From Centroscyllium fabricii (lineage: Eukaryota): 64,000 nt of DNA. Below are positions 1-13,759 of this stretch, in pieces. The stretch's first letter is position 1. Every line of letters begins with the position of its first letter. The stretch covers positions 41,540,001-41,604,000 of the forward strand of contig JBNRSN020000029.1 in the NCBI GenBank assembly GCA_051313645.2, given 5' to 3'. The notes under the pieces are model-generated. The model worked only from the letters and a program-made list of their open reading frames with translations, did not search any database and was not told the DNA's origin. Both the position numbers and the translations under genes were made by a program.

Positions 1-210
1 GGTCGGCGGGCTGGTGTTTTTGCAGTTGCAGTGCGATTATATATAATGGCAAAAGGTTTACTACACCGTTTATGCAGCTTCAATCCCCAGTATTAAATTA
101 CAAAAGCCCGTTTTGTAGAATTATTTAATAAAATTAGACCCGAAATTTGTAATTGTATCAATTCTAAATGGACCACATTATGTAGTTTAATGTTTTGGAA
201 CAATAATTAC

Positions 211-237
211 CTTTCCCTTTGCCTGACGGTGATGATT
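211..237 (-). CDS. 27-nt phase-1 microexon of the minus-strand coiled-coil gene (ESSPSGKGK)
   Basis: Minus strand: tctccttcgttttttacag|AATCATCACCGTCAGGCAAAGGGAAAG|gtaatt; strong pyrimidine tract, multiple of 3, open in phase 1. Confidence 0.7.
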
Positions 238-396
238 CTGTAAAAAACGAAGGAGATAATAATGTTTCAAATAGATACAGTTATATACACAATTAGTGTT
301 ATATTTCTCTTTAAGTTTTATAAGTGGTGGGTCTTGGTGAATGAATCTCCATACATAATGCATTTCTCAGAAAACACACAAGCTACTGCTTCAGTT

Positions 397-571
397 GGGA
401 TTATTTTAACTAATATAAATCGTCCGATATAAATTGAGGCACCCACTATACAACAAGCACTATCTTATTTGCCATTTAAGTCAATGGTAGTGGAAATCGG
501 TTGGGTGTATAATGGACGGCCAATTCAATATTGCCCATTTTAAACCATCACCCATAATTAAAATAACCCCC
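397..571. mobile_element. Small MITE with GGG(G/A)T(A/T)ATTTTAA-type terminal inverted repeats
   Basis: gggattattttaact ... aattaaaataacccc inverted ends; related copies near 12770-12917 and 19399-19596. Confidence 0.5.
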
Positions 572-2450
572 ATGAAATTTGCACATTCGCACAATTTGGA
601 GCAAATTCTGCAGACATCCATGACTAACAGCTCAAGCCATTTGATACACTTACAGTTACTTGCCCAAATAAATTATATGGGCTTTTGCACTCAAAGTGCC
701 TATCAGCCAACTATTCAAAAAGTGGAGCGTGCTCTACAGAGCATCTGGGAGCAGGCGAGAGGTTAAAGAGACAAAGCAACACGTACAAAACACATTTTAA
801 AAAAAAATTTAGATCTCCAAGGAAATACAATTCTATAGAAATTAGACTACAAAACTTTGTTTTCAGTACAAGAAAATTCGTTTGGCATTAATCCATACTT
901 ATCATGCCTTTGAAAAGATATTTACACTGAATTGCACAAACTCCATTTTTTCTGGCGAGAGTAGTCCGTATCTTTCAGGTATGTACAAGATATTTACAGT
1001 TGTTCAATGTATTTGCATAGTAATTCAGACTGCGCGATACCGGTGTCACGCAGCCTTTTTCAGGAGATGGGCAACCACCTGATTTTCGAGCGAAACTGCG
1101 CACTTGCAGTCGGCGGAAGCTGTAGTCCGAATTCAAAGTAAAAATAACTGTCAGCCTCACTTTTATTTCTACTGAAAAATCACGCCGAATATTTTTTTAG
1201 CAGTTTTTAATAGCTGTTAATCATTTGTGGGGGTGAACATTAATTTGCCCCACATGACAAAAATAACAGGCGGTTTCAAAGCAACGGATGGTTTTATAAT
1301 CTGCCCTGATAGCAATGGCAAAGCAAAATGGGCGGTACACATCAGGCTACTGCCCGTTTTTCACACTAAGGTAAAGCTGATTGCTCCCTTATCAGAGGAT
1401 AATTTTTTAAGCACCTAATGTTATATGTTATTGTCAGGGACGAAAAAATGTAATGTTTATAAACAAATTATATTTGCTCAGCAATGTCTCCCATGGTATC
1501 ATTCAAAGTCTCTAGTTTTAAACAAAATCACACAATAGCACGACTTGTCAATTTCAATATATGAGCCTAGAAATTGGGGAAGTCTGGAAAGCTGTCAGTA
1601 ACATTGGCGGCAAAATATAACGGCCACCGCCGAGAGAGCACAGGCAGTACTGGCATTTTGGTACTCATTAACAGCAGCGTGCCGGTGAATTGCTAGCGCA
1701 ACACCCACTGATTATCAGTGTCTAACAATATGACATCCAATTGTGAGTTTTGTCATATAATACAATCTGAATTCACCATCATAGGTAGCGAATGTATTGC
1801 GGTCCTGTTTGTTGGTCAGTTTAGGCAGATGGTATTCACTTATAAAATAAATGGAATGATGTTTAATTACCAAAAACTGTATCAACGCAAGTGAATTTGA
1901 ATTTATGAGTCTTATTTATTCGCGGATGTTTGGTTCATTTGTTGAGTCCAATTAATAGGAAATGGGTGAGCTTTTGTTGAGGGGTGACATTACTTACTGA
2001 CCCACAAACACCGTGGGCCTTCCGGCAAGCTGCCAGAAAGTGAAATCACGCCTTCCGTCCCCCCCCTCCCCGCAACACACTCACACACACACACGCACAC
2101 TGATGGGAAAAACAAAAGTTTAAAAGAATTACCTTGGCAAAGGAGGAGGTTGAAGTTCCGCCGTTAATCCTCTTAAGTCCTGCCATGCTCCTGAAGGCCG
2201 TAATGCTGCTGCAAGAACGTTTCCCCGCAGCACTCATGTCACAGCGCGGTCACGCTCCAATTCATTTAAATGCTGTCGCGGACAATAGGTAATCGCTATG
2301 CTTCCGGCCTGTGGACAATGGCGGCCGCCACGGGACATGCCGCCAAGTGATGGATGAGCGCCGACTGCCATTTTTCGCCATTTCATGGTGGTGGCGGGCG
2401 GCACAATCCACATGCATATCTCGGCCTGGGTCTCCAGAACGTACAGTTTT

Positions 2451-2502
2451 CAATTTTTAGTTAAAAAAAACTTGATTGGCATTAACAGGATACATCCCTA
2501 TG
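2451..2502 (-). mobile_element. Very short 5'-truncated copy of the RTE-X-like LINE 3' end
   Basis: Near reverse complement of catagggatgtatcctgtcatgccaat and the tail seen at 8470-8525. Confidence 0.55.
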
Positions 2503-2712
2503 TACAGACTGGCTTTCACAATCATTAGCAGTAGCATGTAGAAGCGCGACAACGGACACGATTTGCCTTTCAGCACAAATAATTTGTATTTGATTGCAGA
2601 GTCCAGTGCGGCAATTTTTACATTAGGCTGCCAACAATGTTCTCATTTATTCAGGAAGTATAAGTTACAAAGTGTAAATAAGAACTGCTGATAATAGTAT
2701 AAGGACATTCAT

Positions 2713-3915
2713 CATAGAAACACAGAAAAGCACAGAAAGAAATCATTCGGCATACCGAGTCTGCACCGGCTCTTTCCAAAAGCAGTCCTGTTAGTCCTGC
2801 TCGACGGTTCGTTCTCCGTATCCCTGTAATTTGTTTCCTTCAATATTTATCCAATTTACTTTTGAAAGCTAACATTACATCTATATCCGCCACCCAACAG
2901 GCAATGCATTCCAAATCCTCACCACTCGTTGCGTAAGAAAATGTTTAGTATTTATGTCGCCTCTGGTGTTTTAGCCAATCAACTAGAATCTGTGCCTTCT
3001 GGTGACAATCAACCATTCGAAATATTTTATCTTGACTTGCTCTATCTAAACCAATCATGATTTTAATCCACAGTGTCAAATTTTCTGTTAGCTTTCGCTG
3101 CTCAAAGAACAACTACTTCAGTTTCTCCAGTCCATCCACGTAACATGTAACCCCTCAACGCTGATATTTTTCTAGATAAAAGCTTCTACACCCTCTCAAA
3201 ATCCTTCAGGTTCTGCCTAAATTGTGGTGCCCAGAATCAAAAAAGTGCTCCAGTTGTGTTTGAACTAGTGTTCTATATATGTTTAGCAAAACTTTCTGGC
3301 TTTTGTACCCTACGAGTCTATTTCTAAAGCCCAGGATCAGAGAAGCTTTATTAACTGTTTTATTAACCATTTACCTTACAAAATTATGCACTATCAACCC
3401 AGGTCTCTGTGTTCATGCAGCCCATTTATAAATGTACAATTTAGGTTGTGATGTCTCTCATTTTACTTCCTACCAAAATGCATCACTTCACATTTCTTTG
3501 CTTTGCACCTTATCTGCCATGTATCCGCCAATCCCAACAGGCTGCCTGTGTCCTCTTGAAAGCTTTTACTGTCTTCCCCACTATCTGATATTCTCAAGTC
3601 TCGTGTCATCTGCGAATTTCGAAAATCTGCCCTGCAACCCAACGTACAATCTTTAATGTATAAGAAAAACAGAGTCATAGTACTAAACTCTGGGAACTCC
3701 AATTTATACCACCCAATAGTCAAAAAAAAGCCATTCACCAGACCTGTATGTTTTCAATTCCTCAGCCATTTTTGGATCCTTCTATCCCACGGGCGTCACG
3801 TTCTGTATCAAGCCTATAATGTGTTACTATATGAAGCGCCTTTTTAATGCCCATATACAAAACATCTACTGCACTACCCTTAACTGTCCTCTCGGCTACC
3901 TCAGCAAAAATACAA
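2713..3915 (-). mobile_element. Degenerate CR1 LINE (RT C-terminal half and 3' tail)
   Basis: Translations WQIRCKAKKCEVMHFGRK and FAEVAERTVKGSAVDVLYM resemble CR1 ORF2; catagaaac-type tail at 2713; many stops. Confidence 0.85.
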
Positions 3916-4243
3916 TCAAATTGGTGTGGCATGGTAGGAACAGAAAATGCCAGAAAAAATGTTACACAATCAATACAGTCGGTTTGAGAGTGTGAGGGCA
4001 TTTGTCTACTCTGAAGAATGTTGCTCAGTGAGAATATAACTTTAAAATTCAAAAAAAGGAACTGAACACATGGCATGGGTGGCATTCTGTGTTTTTATTT
4101 ATTCATTCACAGGATGTGAGTTTCGCTGGTAAGGCCATCATTTTCATCGCATCTCTACTTGGCCTCGGGAAGGAGGTAGTGAGCCTTTAATATATACGAA
4201 TGGCCCTGATTGTGATGTGGTACTGCTAGCAAAACTGTCACTG

Positions 4244-6075
4244 TTCAATTCAATTCAATTCAAGTTATATTGCCATTGCAGAGTACTAGTACAATCAAAA
4301 CGAGATGAAGACTCGCCGCTCCCGAGAGTAGTGCAAATAATTTACATATAAATTGCATACACTAAGGTACATTTCAGGTGTGCCGATACTGGAGGTTTTT
4401 GTTAGAGTTCAGGAGGCTGACAGCCCTGGGGAAGAAGCTGTTCTTGAATCTAGTCGTGCGTTTGCAAATTGATCTGTAGCGTCTCCCGGAGGGCAGGGGG
4501 CGAACATACTGTGGCTGGGGTGTGCGGGGTCTTTTGTAATGTTCAGAGACCTCCGTAGGCAGCGTTTGAGGTAGATGCATTCAATTGACGGCAGCTGGGT
4601 GCCAGTGATTTATTGAGCAGTCTTGACTACCCGCTGCAGGGCCTTCCGATCCGAGATGGTGCAGTTTGCATACCAGACTGTAATGCAGCTTGGCACTATT
4701 CTGCCGATTGTGCAGCGGTAGAAGTTGGAGAGGATGCTGGATGACAGTTTGGCATTTTCAGCTTCCTTATGAAGTACAGGCGCTATTGGGCCTTCTTGAT
4801 CAGAGATGAGGTGTTTAGTGACCAGGAGAGGTCTTCCGAGATGTGGACCCCGAGGAACTTGAAGCTGGACTCCCTTTTCACCTCGGACCCTTGGATGAAG
4901 ATGGGCGTCTGTCTTCTGCTTTCAGTCTTACAGAAGTCCACTTTGATCTCCTTAGTTTTCTTGTTGTTCGGTGCCAGGTTGTTGTCGGCACACCATCCCA
5001 CAAGGCGCTGGATTTCATCCCTGTAGGTTGACTCATCATTGTTGGTGATCTGGCCAACCACCGTGGTGTCGTCCACAAATTTGATGATCCTGTTGGAGCC
5101 ATGGACAGCTGCACAGTTGTGGGTGAAGAGGGAGTAGAGGAGCGGGCTCAGCACACAGCCTTGTGGGGCCCCCGTGTTCAGGGTATGGGGGGGAGGTGGG
5201 GTTGCCTACCTTCACAGACTGTGGTCTGTTGGTTAGGAAGTCCAGGGTCCAGTTACAGAGGGAGGTGTACAGGCCGAGGGTGAGTAGTTTGATAGACAAC
5301 TTGCTGCGGACGATGGTGTTGAATGCTGAGCTGTAGTCAATAAACAACATTCTGATATACGTATCTTTGCTATCCAGGTGGTTTAGTGCAGAGTGAAGAG
5401 CCGTAGTGATTGCATTTTCCATTGACTTGTAGGCCGGCTGGCCTGTTCAAGTGCCGTAAATGTCTATTGTCTATTGTCTATATTGATCTGTTTCCACGAT
5501 AGGTGAACTGGTATTGGGCCAGGACCAGCTGCTCAAAACAGTTCATGATTATGGGTGTGAGTGCGACAGGGCGGTAGTCGTTTAGGCATGTCACGGCCGT
5601 TTTCCTGGGCACAAAGATGTTGGTGGCAGTCTTGAAGCAGGTAGGGACAGCTGCCTTCGCCAGTGATAGGTTGAAGATGTCGGTGAAGACCTCAGCCATT
5701 TAGTCAGCACAGTCTTTGTGTGCCCGGCCGGGGATGCCGTCAGGACCTGTGGCCTTCCGTGCATTCACTCCACGTAGAGCACCTCTTACGTCGGAGGAGG
5801 ACAGTATTAGTGGCTGGTCTTCCGGAGATTGGAAGACTTTGGTGGCCTGCTCCCTTTTGTCCATGTCGAAGCGAGCGAAGAAGTTGTTGAGTTCCTCCGG
5901 TAGGGAGGCATCGCTGGTCAGGGGGCTGGTGTTTTTGCACTTGTAGTCCGTGATGGACTGCAAGCCTTGCCACATACGCTGAGTGTACGAGTTGTTGTGG
6001 AAGTGTTTTTCTTTCTTCAGTGTCTGATTTCGTTTGGCAAACCTGATTCCCCTCTTTAGGTTGTCGTCGTCATTA
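4244..6075 (-). mobile_element. Rex1/Babar non-LTR retrotransposon, 5'-truncated and frameshifted RT
   Basis: ORF fragments [74 protein letters not shown]; (TTGAA)n 3' tail at 4244-4263. Confidence 0.92.
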
Positions 6076-6369
6076 CACTCTAAAACTGACCGTACCTTCA
6101 GGCTTAACGCATGCACAGTGATTCTAGAGTTGTGAACAGTCATTCACTGCTCCACCACAGGCGGAGCTGTGGAATTCCCTATAGCTGGCAATCAGTGAAA
6201 TCATTTGAAAGAACATAAACGTCCCCTTCTCGACTTTCATATCACTGTTAATCACCTCATAAAATGTTAAGCTCTGTTGAACGAGGTGTAATGTGTTTAT
6301 AACGGGGTATTGACTGCTGAACCATCGTTCTGGCCCGGAAAAGCTAATTTAATATTTTTATGGAATGTC

Positions 6370-6830
6370 TCTTTTTTTAATTGATTATGGGATGTTGGCT
6401 TCGCAGGTAAGGCCAGAATTTATTGTCCATCCCTAACTAACTTTGAGAAGATGGTGATGTTCTGCCTTCTTGAACCGGTGCAATCTGTGTGGTGAAAGTA
6501 CTCCCACAGTGCCGGTAGGTAGTGAGTTCCAGGATTTTGACCCAGCTGCGATGAACTGTCTGCGATATACTTCTAAGTCAGGATCGTTTGTGAATTGGCG
6601 GGGAGCTTGGAGGTGATGGTGCTCCTGTGCAAATGCTGCCCTTGCCCTTCCAATTGATAAAAAATAGCGGTTTATGGAGCTGCTGCAGAAGAATCCATGG
6701 CGTGTTGCTGCAGCGCATCCTGTAAATGTAAAACACTGCAGCCATGGTACGCCAGCGGTGGAGGAAGCGAATGTTTAAGGTGTTGGATGGGTGGCCAATC
6801 AGGTGGGCTTCTTTGTCCTGGATTGTGTCA
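6370..6830 (-). mobile_element. 3' portion of a second CR1-group LINE family
   Basis: Reverse complement matches the plus-strand copy at 42420-42742; short copy also at 4095-4190. Confidence 0.7.
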
Positions 6831-7025
6831 GGTCCCCCCTCAGCCTCCTCTGCTCCAAGGAAAACAACCTCAACCTCTCCAGTCTCTCTTCACAGCTGGA
6901 GCTCCCCAGCCCAGGCAGCATCCTGGTGAATCTCCTCTGCACCCTCTACAAAGCTATTACATCCTTCCTGTAGTGCGGCGACCAGAACTGCACACAATAC
7001 TCCAGTTGTGGTCTTACTAGCGTTT
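6831..7025 (-). mobile_element. CR1 LINE fragment
   Basis: Minus translation [34 protein letters not shown] is a CR1 ORF2 C-terminal motif. Confidence 0.85.
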
Positions 7026-7194
7026 TTCCCCTGGATTGCTGTCTGTGAAAATTCCTTCATATGACTGGCTGCTTCGGCAGCTTTGTGACATCACTGAGGC
7101 TGGACGATGGGGATTCCCTTTTGACAGGGCTAGAATCAAATTACGGTGGAGAATTACAACATTTTCACCAAATACGTCACAATGGGCGGTATTT

Positions 7195-7921
7195 TGCAAA
7201 CCCTATCAGCGCATACGAGGTGTATACACACCCAGATGTGCCGCGCAAGTGCCGGGTTTAGGCATGCGAAATGCATGTGCTAATACCCGGCACGTGTGAT
7301 CTGTCAGTAATTGACAGATCGCACGCATTCCCGCGGGAAGGCCCTCCACGGCTGTGGAGTTGTGCTTTTTGCATAACATCCGACTGCTGAAATCGTTTTA
7401 AAATCTTTGCCTGGTAACATTTTAGCAATAATTTGTAATTTTAAAATACTTTTAAGAAATATAGGTTCATTTTTAGCTCCGTAAAAAAGTTAACATTTTT
7501 AAAATATTTAATTTATTTTCGTTTGAATTAATTTATAATATGTAATTAAAATAATTATTTAATGTTTTACTGTGTTTTAAGTGATCCCTTTTCATACTTT
7601 TGACAGTTCCGTACGTACAGAATTGTCAAAAGTGTGAAAAGGTATTTCGTTCTTTGATTGGCCCCATGGTTACCTGATCCCAGGGATCCTTGCGAACTGG
7701 TATACCAGGGCCTCTGCGCATTTCGTAGTATAAAGGCCCAGGATCGAAATTCTCGGGATCTATGGAACCAGCAGTTAAGTACGTAGATTTTTGTTCCAAT
7801 CATAGTAATTCGTCTGCAGGGAGCCGGCGATCGGAAAATGAGCTCAAACCCTTTGTGAGCTACCTACTTCAAGACCAGTGGCGATCGCCGTCAATTCGCT
7901 CCTGACTGTAAATTGAGGCCC
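7195..7921. mobile_element. Harbinger-like non-autonomous element (hairpin-rich, about 1-kb MITE family)
   Basis: Internal palindrome gatctgtcagtaattgacagatc, AT-rich centre, terminus aaattgaggccc|aat shared with other copies; left boundary approximate. Confidence 0.6.
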
Positions 7922-7924
7922 AAT

Positions 7925-8525
7925 GACAGACCCTCACCAGGTACAGACTAAGTGACCACCAGTTGGCAGTCGAAAAAGGAAGACAGAAGAAATCTGGCAG
8001 CCAAGAGAAAATAGAATATGCGGTCACTGTTTGACAGATGAGGTTGAAACAGAGGTGCAGATCCTCCTAAAATGCAAAAAAATCGACAAAACAAGGAAAA
8101 CATACTTTGACAAATTAAGCTTGGCAATCCCAAATTTCAAAGAACTAGATGATATATCAAAACTAAGTATAATCCTTGGCGAGGGAAATTGGGCACAACT
8201 TGGTGCACAATACGTAACAGCATGCCACAACCTGAGAGACAGTGAATGACCAACATGCACACACGCACGCACACACAAACAGAGACTAATCAACACTAAT
8301 TATTATACTGTTTGTAACTGCAAGAACTTGTAGCAACCGATAAAAGGTTACAGATGTATTGTGTGTATATATATAAATATGTACAGGGGCATATCTGCCC
8401 ATACATTGTATACCTGTACCTGTATCTATGCATTTTAACTATGTATGTTAGGTTTTATACTTTGCCAACATAGGGATGTATCCTGTCATGCCAATAACGT
8501 TTTTTAAACTGAAAAAATTAAAAAC
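7925..8525 (+). mobile_element. RTE-X-like LINE 3' end
   Basis: YRLSDHQLAVEKGR...EVETEVQILLKC...ACHNLR C-terminal region, followed by a 3' UTR ending catgccaataa. Confidence 0.7.
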
Positions 8526-8845
8526 ATTGAAGTGTAGATAAGGTTTTCTGTCCAATAGAAACAGAATGTCGACGTAATGAACTTTCATGTAAATGGTTAG
8601 CAATGTAATTAGAGAGGACAAAGTCATGACGGCCGCAATAGCTCTCAAAAACGTGGTAACGCGCACAGAAGTTTAAAGGTAGAACGCAATGGGTACAGCA
8701 CCAATTTCACTTGTAAGTTAGGAGCATGTATTGCATTGGAAGGTAATCAAAAACGTCCAGTTTATTGGGGACAGAATGAAGACTTTGAAAACTTTTTCTT
8801 ACCGAAGGTAGCTTTCTTACTCTAATGCATTTGCACAACATTTAC

Positions 8846-8872
8846 CTTGATTCTTTTTATTCAATGCTTTCA
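8846..8872 (-). CDS. 27-nt phase-1 microexon (VKALNKKNQ)
   Basis: ttgtttgtgttttcttacag|TGAAAGCATTGAATAAAAAGAATCAAG|gtaaat. Confidence 0.78.
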
Positions 8873-9486
8873 CTGTAAGAAAACACAAACAATGTGGAAG
8901 AGCGGTTTTTGGACAAAATGCGTTCATTCTGGAATATGTTAAATAAGATACAACAAAAGTAAATCTGCTACACAATTATATGTTCTGAAATGTATGCAGC
9001 ATTACCAATTGTAAAGCGTTGGGCACTAGCACAAGTTTTTCAAATGGTTTATCGCTCATAGAGGCTCTGAAAGTGAAATGTACCTTTGTCTGTAGCACAG
9101 GACGGAATAGCAATTCGACGACATGTGTTACTTCCACCCAGTTCCATTGTCGCAAAGGTAAAAGTCGGGCAGAATGCAACACGGACTACTGACGTTATCG
9201 TTCCTTTTCCACAACCTTCCAAGAGGAATGTTTGCCTTCTAAATTCCGGTAGAACTCAACAACATGCTTTGACATCAACAAACCGACGTAGTGAGAAAAC
9301 AACAGAACCTGAACGTTCACGTCCCCAGCGGTTCCATAATGTTGCAACAAATAGGGAAAAAACCCAATGCTTAAATCAAAAGCAAATCTTAGGTGTACGT
9401 ACAGATCACAGAGCGTGGACTGTCAGGCAAAAACTGAGTAGGTTACCGAATGGACTATGCCGTTGTTTAGTTAAAGATTCCCTTAC

Positions 9487-9501
9487 CTGCATTGTCTAAA
9501 T
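9487..9501 (-). CDS. 15-nt phase-1 microexon (DLDNA)
   Basis: tttcttctttttcag|ATTTAGACAATGCAG|gtaagg; near-consensus sites; stop in phase 0, open in phase 1. Confidence 0.8.
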
Positions 9502-11056
9502 CTGAAAAAGAAGAAATGATTTACCGATCCATTTTCAAGAAATTACCATTCGCGTTAGAAATCATTTTGCTCTTTTAAGCTCATGAAAGAAAATACAGGG
9601 TAATTCCTCCCTTAAAATAACATAACATGATAGAATGTAACTTCCGGTAGTCGCCAAATTTCCAACCCATGTGTCTCATTAAGACATGCTAACTTCCAGC
9701 TGCCTGTCGAAAAATGTCATCCACACGTAACTGATCTCATCGCGGTAGGTGAAAATCTGTGCTCCGAGGCTGCAGGCGGGAATAAACATTCCGCTAAATC
9801 AGGAAGGGGTATTAAGCAAGGTTCTGTGAATAGGAAGCGGGGAGATCCGGGTAGTAGACGCATTGAGGTTGGTTGTGGGGACAGTAGTGCACTCATTCTC
9901 CTCTCGGTCTCAAAAGATATTTCTTAACTTTTGTAACCCCCGTTTAATGTTCCTTCGGTTCTACTTGCAGGGACAACGGTAGATTCGGCACTGTCGAGTA
10001 GGCTGTTCATGTTCCCTTGGTGATCCTATCTAAATGGTAGGACGCCGATTGATGAATATTAATATGGAATCAAGCGCCCGACGGGAACTGATACTGTGAT
10101 GAAAAAAGCAGACATAACTTCTGTTGCTTTTGTTTCAGGCAGCTGGAGGGTGTTGAAATCCCCCCAAATACGACGATTCGAGACCATCGTGCTCTCAGTG
10201 TGTCAGAATATTGCTGGAATTATTTATTTCTAATTGGCATCAGTTGTCAATGCAGGTTGATTTCGCTATCATCCTTTGATTGTTTTATAATAACTTTTGC
10301 AAATAGACTAATCGCACACCTGTCCCATTCCAGCAGCATTCAACGGAAATGCTCAAAATAATTTTAACTTTGGGAGATGATGGAAAATACGCTTCTGGAA
10401 TTGCTTGTCCATTATACACCACGCCTGATTTGGTCAAAGCAAAGTAAAATCGCCTGCGTGTAAAATAGACTAGTTCGACCTCATGATTCTAATTTTCTTG
10501 GAAGTGCTGGCGATTTATAACCAGGTGGGTTATATTGATTCTTCTGCTTATTATTATTATGTTCCTTCCCGTTGGATGCCGTCTGAAGGTGTACACTGAA
10601 CCTTCCCACCAGGAAATTGATGGGATGAGATCGGCCCTACTTTTACAAACCACAGAATTTTACACGCCGTTGAATTTAATAGAATGGAATGTAAGATTGG
10701 GTGGAGCTTAAACGGTCGGCGGATCCGAACCCATAAATTTCTCGGCATTCTGATTTGTTTGAATGTTATGAGAATGCATTTGAAGGAACCGTTGTACTGC
10801 ATGATATGTAATGTTTTGGAAACGGTATAGAATGTGTGATATCGGATTGGACAACCATTATACCCATGTTCCGATTTTTATTTTCTATTGAAGTCATTAG
10901 AAAGAAAAATTGGCGGGGCGTACGCTGTGAGCCAATTTGATATGGCCTGTTTCACTCCATTTCAGAAAGGTAAAATTGCCCCCCCACCCCCAGAGTGGTA
11001 TGTAGTCCCATGGAACGCCTCCTATGAACGTAATAAACAATGAAATAGACAAGGAT

Positions 11057-11209
11057 GTGTGTCGGTGTAGGCTCGATAGGGATATGGGGAGGGGGCAGGG
11101 GTGGGGTGCTGGGTTTGGATGATCAGCCATGATCTCATTGAATGGCGGAGCAGGCTCGAAGGGCCGAATGGTCTACTCCTGCTTCTAGTTTCTATGTTTC
11201 TATGTTTCT
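11057..11209 (+). mobile_element. 5'-truncated V-SINE (CR1-derived 3' tail only)
   Basis: Matches the 3' part of the SINE at 16430-16818, ending (TTTCTATG)n. Confidence 0.85.
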
Positions 11210-11338
11210 ATACTGTGTAGGATATTCGAATCTCCACTAAGTGGAAAAAAGTATCAAAGCATACTTAAAATGTTAGACGTAATATTTTTGTTGACCAGTT
11301 TTGTAACGTTTGTAAACTTACAATATGTCAATGCTTAC

Positions 11339-11365
11339 CTGTCTGCTTCTGCCTCAGTTTTTCTT
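11339..11365 (-). CDS. 27-nt phase-1 microexon (EEKLRQKQT)
   Basis: cgttgtcttaacag|AAGAAAAACTGAGGCAGAAGCAGACAG|gtaagc. Confidence 0.78.
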
Positions 11366-12287
11366 CTGTTAAGACAACGCTTGCGTGTCAAAATCAATTA
11401 GGAATAAAAAATAAACTTTCTGTAACTTTATGCTGAATACCAACTGAAGGCGATGCACACATTATCTAAGTTAGAGAACAATGAATATTTTGATTATCTC
11501 GTATCTGGTAAATTACTATTATGGATACAGCGTCAACATCGAGCTCTGTGTATAATGTTCTTGGCATTCTTCACGTTAACAAGAGTTACGTCGCGCTCAC
11601 CTCTATCTTTCAAATTTTGTGCACAATCGCCTATTGCTGAAAATCAAAACAAAATCACTGAATTGTTAATTTTCAGTCCAAGCACCTCTGCTTTGCACTT
11701 CGTAGAGCTTCAGTTCTTTAGCTTCATGTTATGGTTCATCTGTTTCTTTCTGTACAAAGTTCCAGATTTAATTATCAATCACATTAGCAGTCAGAATCAT
11801 CACATGACAATAGTGGATTGTTCGCAGTTTTATTTGTCTAACCCTTCGTCGAATTACATTTACAAATGCATCCTGAGATTAGCATACGTCAGAACAACAG
11901 TTCTTTCTTAATTGTATAAAAATCAGCACAACAATAAATTTTTGGGTTGCTTATAAACTAATAAAATGATGAAATTCAACTGTTAATGTTACAATTAATA
12001 TAAACTGCATCGACTTCCTTGATTACTCTTAATATTCGAGCCATAGTTGTATGGGGAATTGGGGCAGTCTGTTGTAAGTTAAATCCTCTGAATGATGGCC
12101 ACATTCAGAAAGCTTTTGTTTTCGTTGTGAGTACCATTTCGAATTCAAATTCAGAAGAAAATATGTCTATTCGAATGCATGCTTAAAGCAAGTAGAAATG
12201 TCAGGATACATCGACAATCGTAATTACGCAATGCATTTATGGAACAACTAATTTAATGCTAATGCCCTGCAGGTTTCTCTGATTTAC

Positions 12288-12311
12288 CTCTCAATTCCGC
12301 AGTTTTTTCCA
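12288..12311 (-). CDS. Candidate 24-nt phase-1 microexon (VEKTAELR)
   Basis: tctattttcgtccgttttatcag|TGGAAAAAACTGCGGAATTGAGAG|gtaaat; fits the frame but overlaps a possible old MITE terminus. Confidence 0.45.
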
Positions 12312-13512
12312 CTGATAAAACGGACGAAAATAGACCAAATAATTAATACTAGAAAATGTATGTGTGCTCATAGTTAAACCGCTAAAAGGTACGCATTGCC
12401 ATTATTCCGACTTATCAAAAACTCGTCTAGCCTTTCAGCATGCGGCTCCACGTCGATCGGCTGCTTGTTATGGAAACCACACAATTTTTACTCCCAGTAA
12501 AGTGAATGGAAATTAAATTGGACTGTTTCTCTAACAGGTGACTCGCTGGCGGGGGAATTGAGAATCTCCCCATGTGTTTGCTGGGTGCACCATTTTAAGT
12601 ACCATTTTCTCAAGTTTTGGATTTTAGTAATAGGTTTTTATATTCAACAATGAACCACATGATTGCCCAGATACTATATGTTCTGTTCAGTGCTTTAACT
12701 AACATTGCAGCCATGTTTTTGAAAATCCTGCCAAATTTATGGACAGAGGTATACTTGAGATATACTATTTAATTTTGACGCCAGAGTAAAAATAGCAATA
12801 TTGGATCGGCCATCGCTTATACAATTCAATGGAAAGGAAAATCGAAAGACGTGTATAACATGCAGCGAATCCCCAATCTTCCGTTTGACACTATCGCCAA
12901 AAGTTGAAATTACCCCCTCTGACCGGCATAATTGTTTCTCCCGTCCGTTCCCATACCAACATCCTCCTCACACACGCGCGCACAATGTTATACAATACGA
13001 TTCTGTATTTAAACATTGGACAGGCCAAATGCATATTCGATTATGATCAATGAACAGGGAACTCAATTTCCAAACATCTTCTGCCAATGTTTTTTCATGA
13101 GTCTGCCAAACGCCGGGAGAAACTTTATCAATGTCTAACAATTGGAAAAACCGGTGGATATTTTTTGCCATAGTTATTCTAGAAAATGCTAAATGAACCC
13201 CATTAACGGGCTTCTTTGCTTCTTTGTGCCTGGTAGAATCGGATTGAGCACATGTGGAAAGTGGATGGCCAAGCCATTGAATTTACATTCAGCAAATTTA
13301 ATTGTCGGAGCATCATGGGTGTAAGTTCTCCAACTGCTTTCCCTGTCCAGGGAAATTGAAACAGAAGCATTTGGTCGGATATTGTTTAGAGAGCAATTAA
13401 CTAAACATTTGTTTATGCAAAATCTTGATATTTGCCTAATTATTCAAGTATAAGGGAATTGGCCAGTACCAACTCTGTACAATACATTATAAAAAGTTAA
13501 TTGATTTCTTAC

Positions 13513-13539
13513 CAAGTAATCTTCGTAGATTATTGTTCT
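13513..13539 (-). CDS. 27-nt phase-1 microexon (ENNNLRRLL)
   Basis: aatttcttccaataatag|AGAACAATAATCTACGAAGATTACTTG|gtaaga. Confidence 0.75.
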
Positions 13540-13759
13540 CTATTATTGGAAGAAATTACACGTATACATCAATAAATACAAGATGAATACTCATGTCCTT
13601 ATTTTAGTGAAATCATTAATGCAAATAATGTTTCATCACAACTTTGAGAATTTAAAGAAAGGTTTTTGAATGCCTGCAGATTTTTGAAGCTACTGAATCA
13701 GCTTATATATTAACATACAAAAAGGGCAAATATCAAGTTGAGGCTTGTCTATATCTTAC

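Noticed and set aside
8880-8962. Plus-strand peptide NVEERFLDKMRSFWNMLNKIQQK resembling the IL-7 C-terminal helix
   Set aside because: Weak AAG acceptor, no supporting upstream exons, and the region is better explained as the intron and acceptor of the minus-strand exon at 8846-8872
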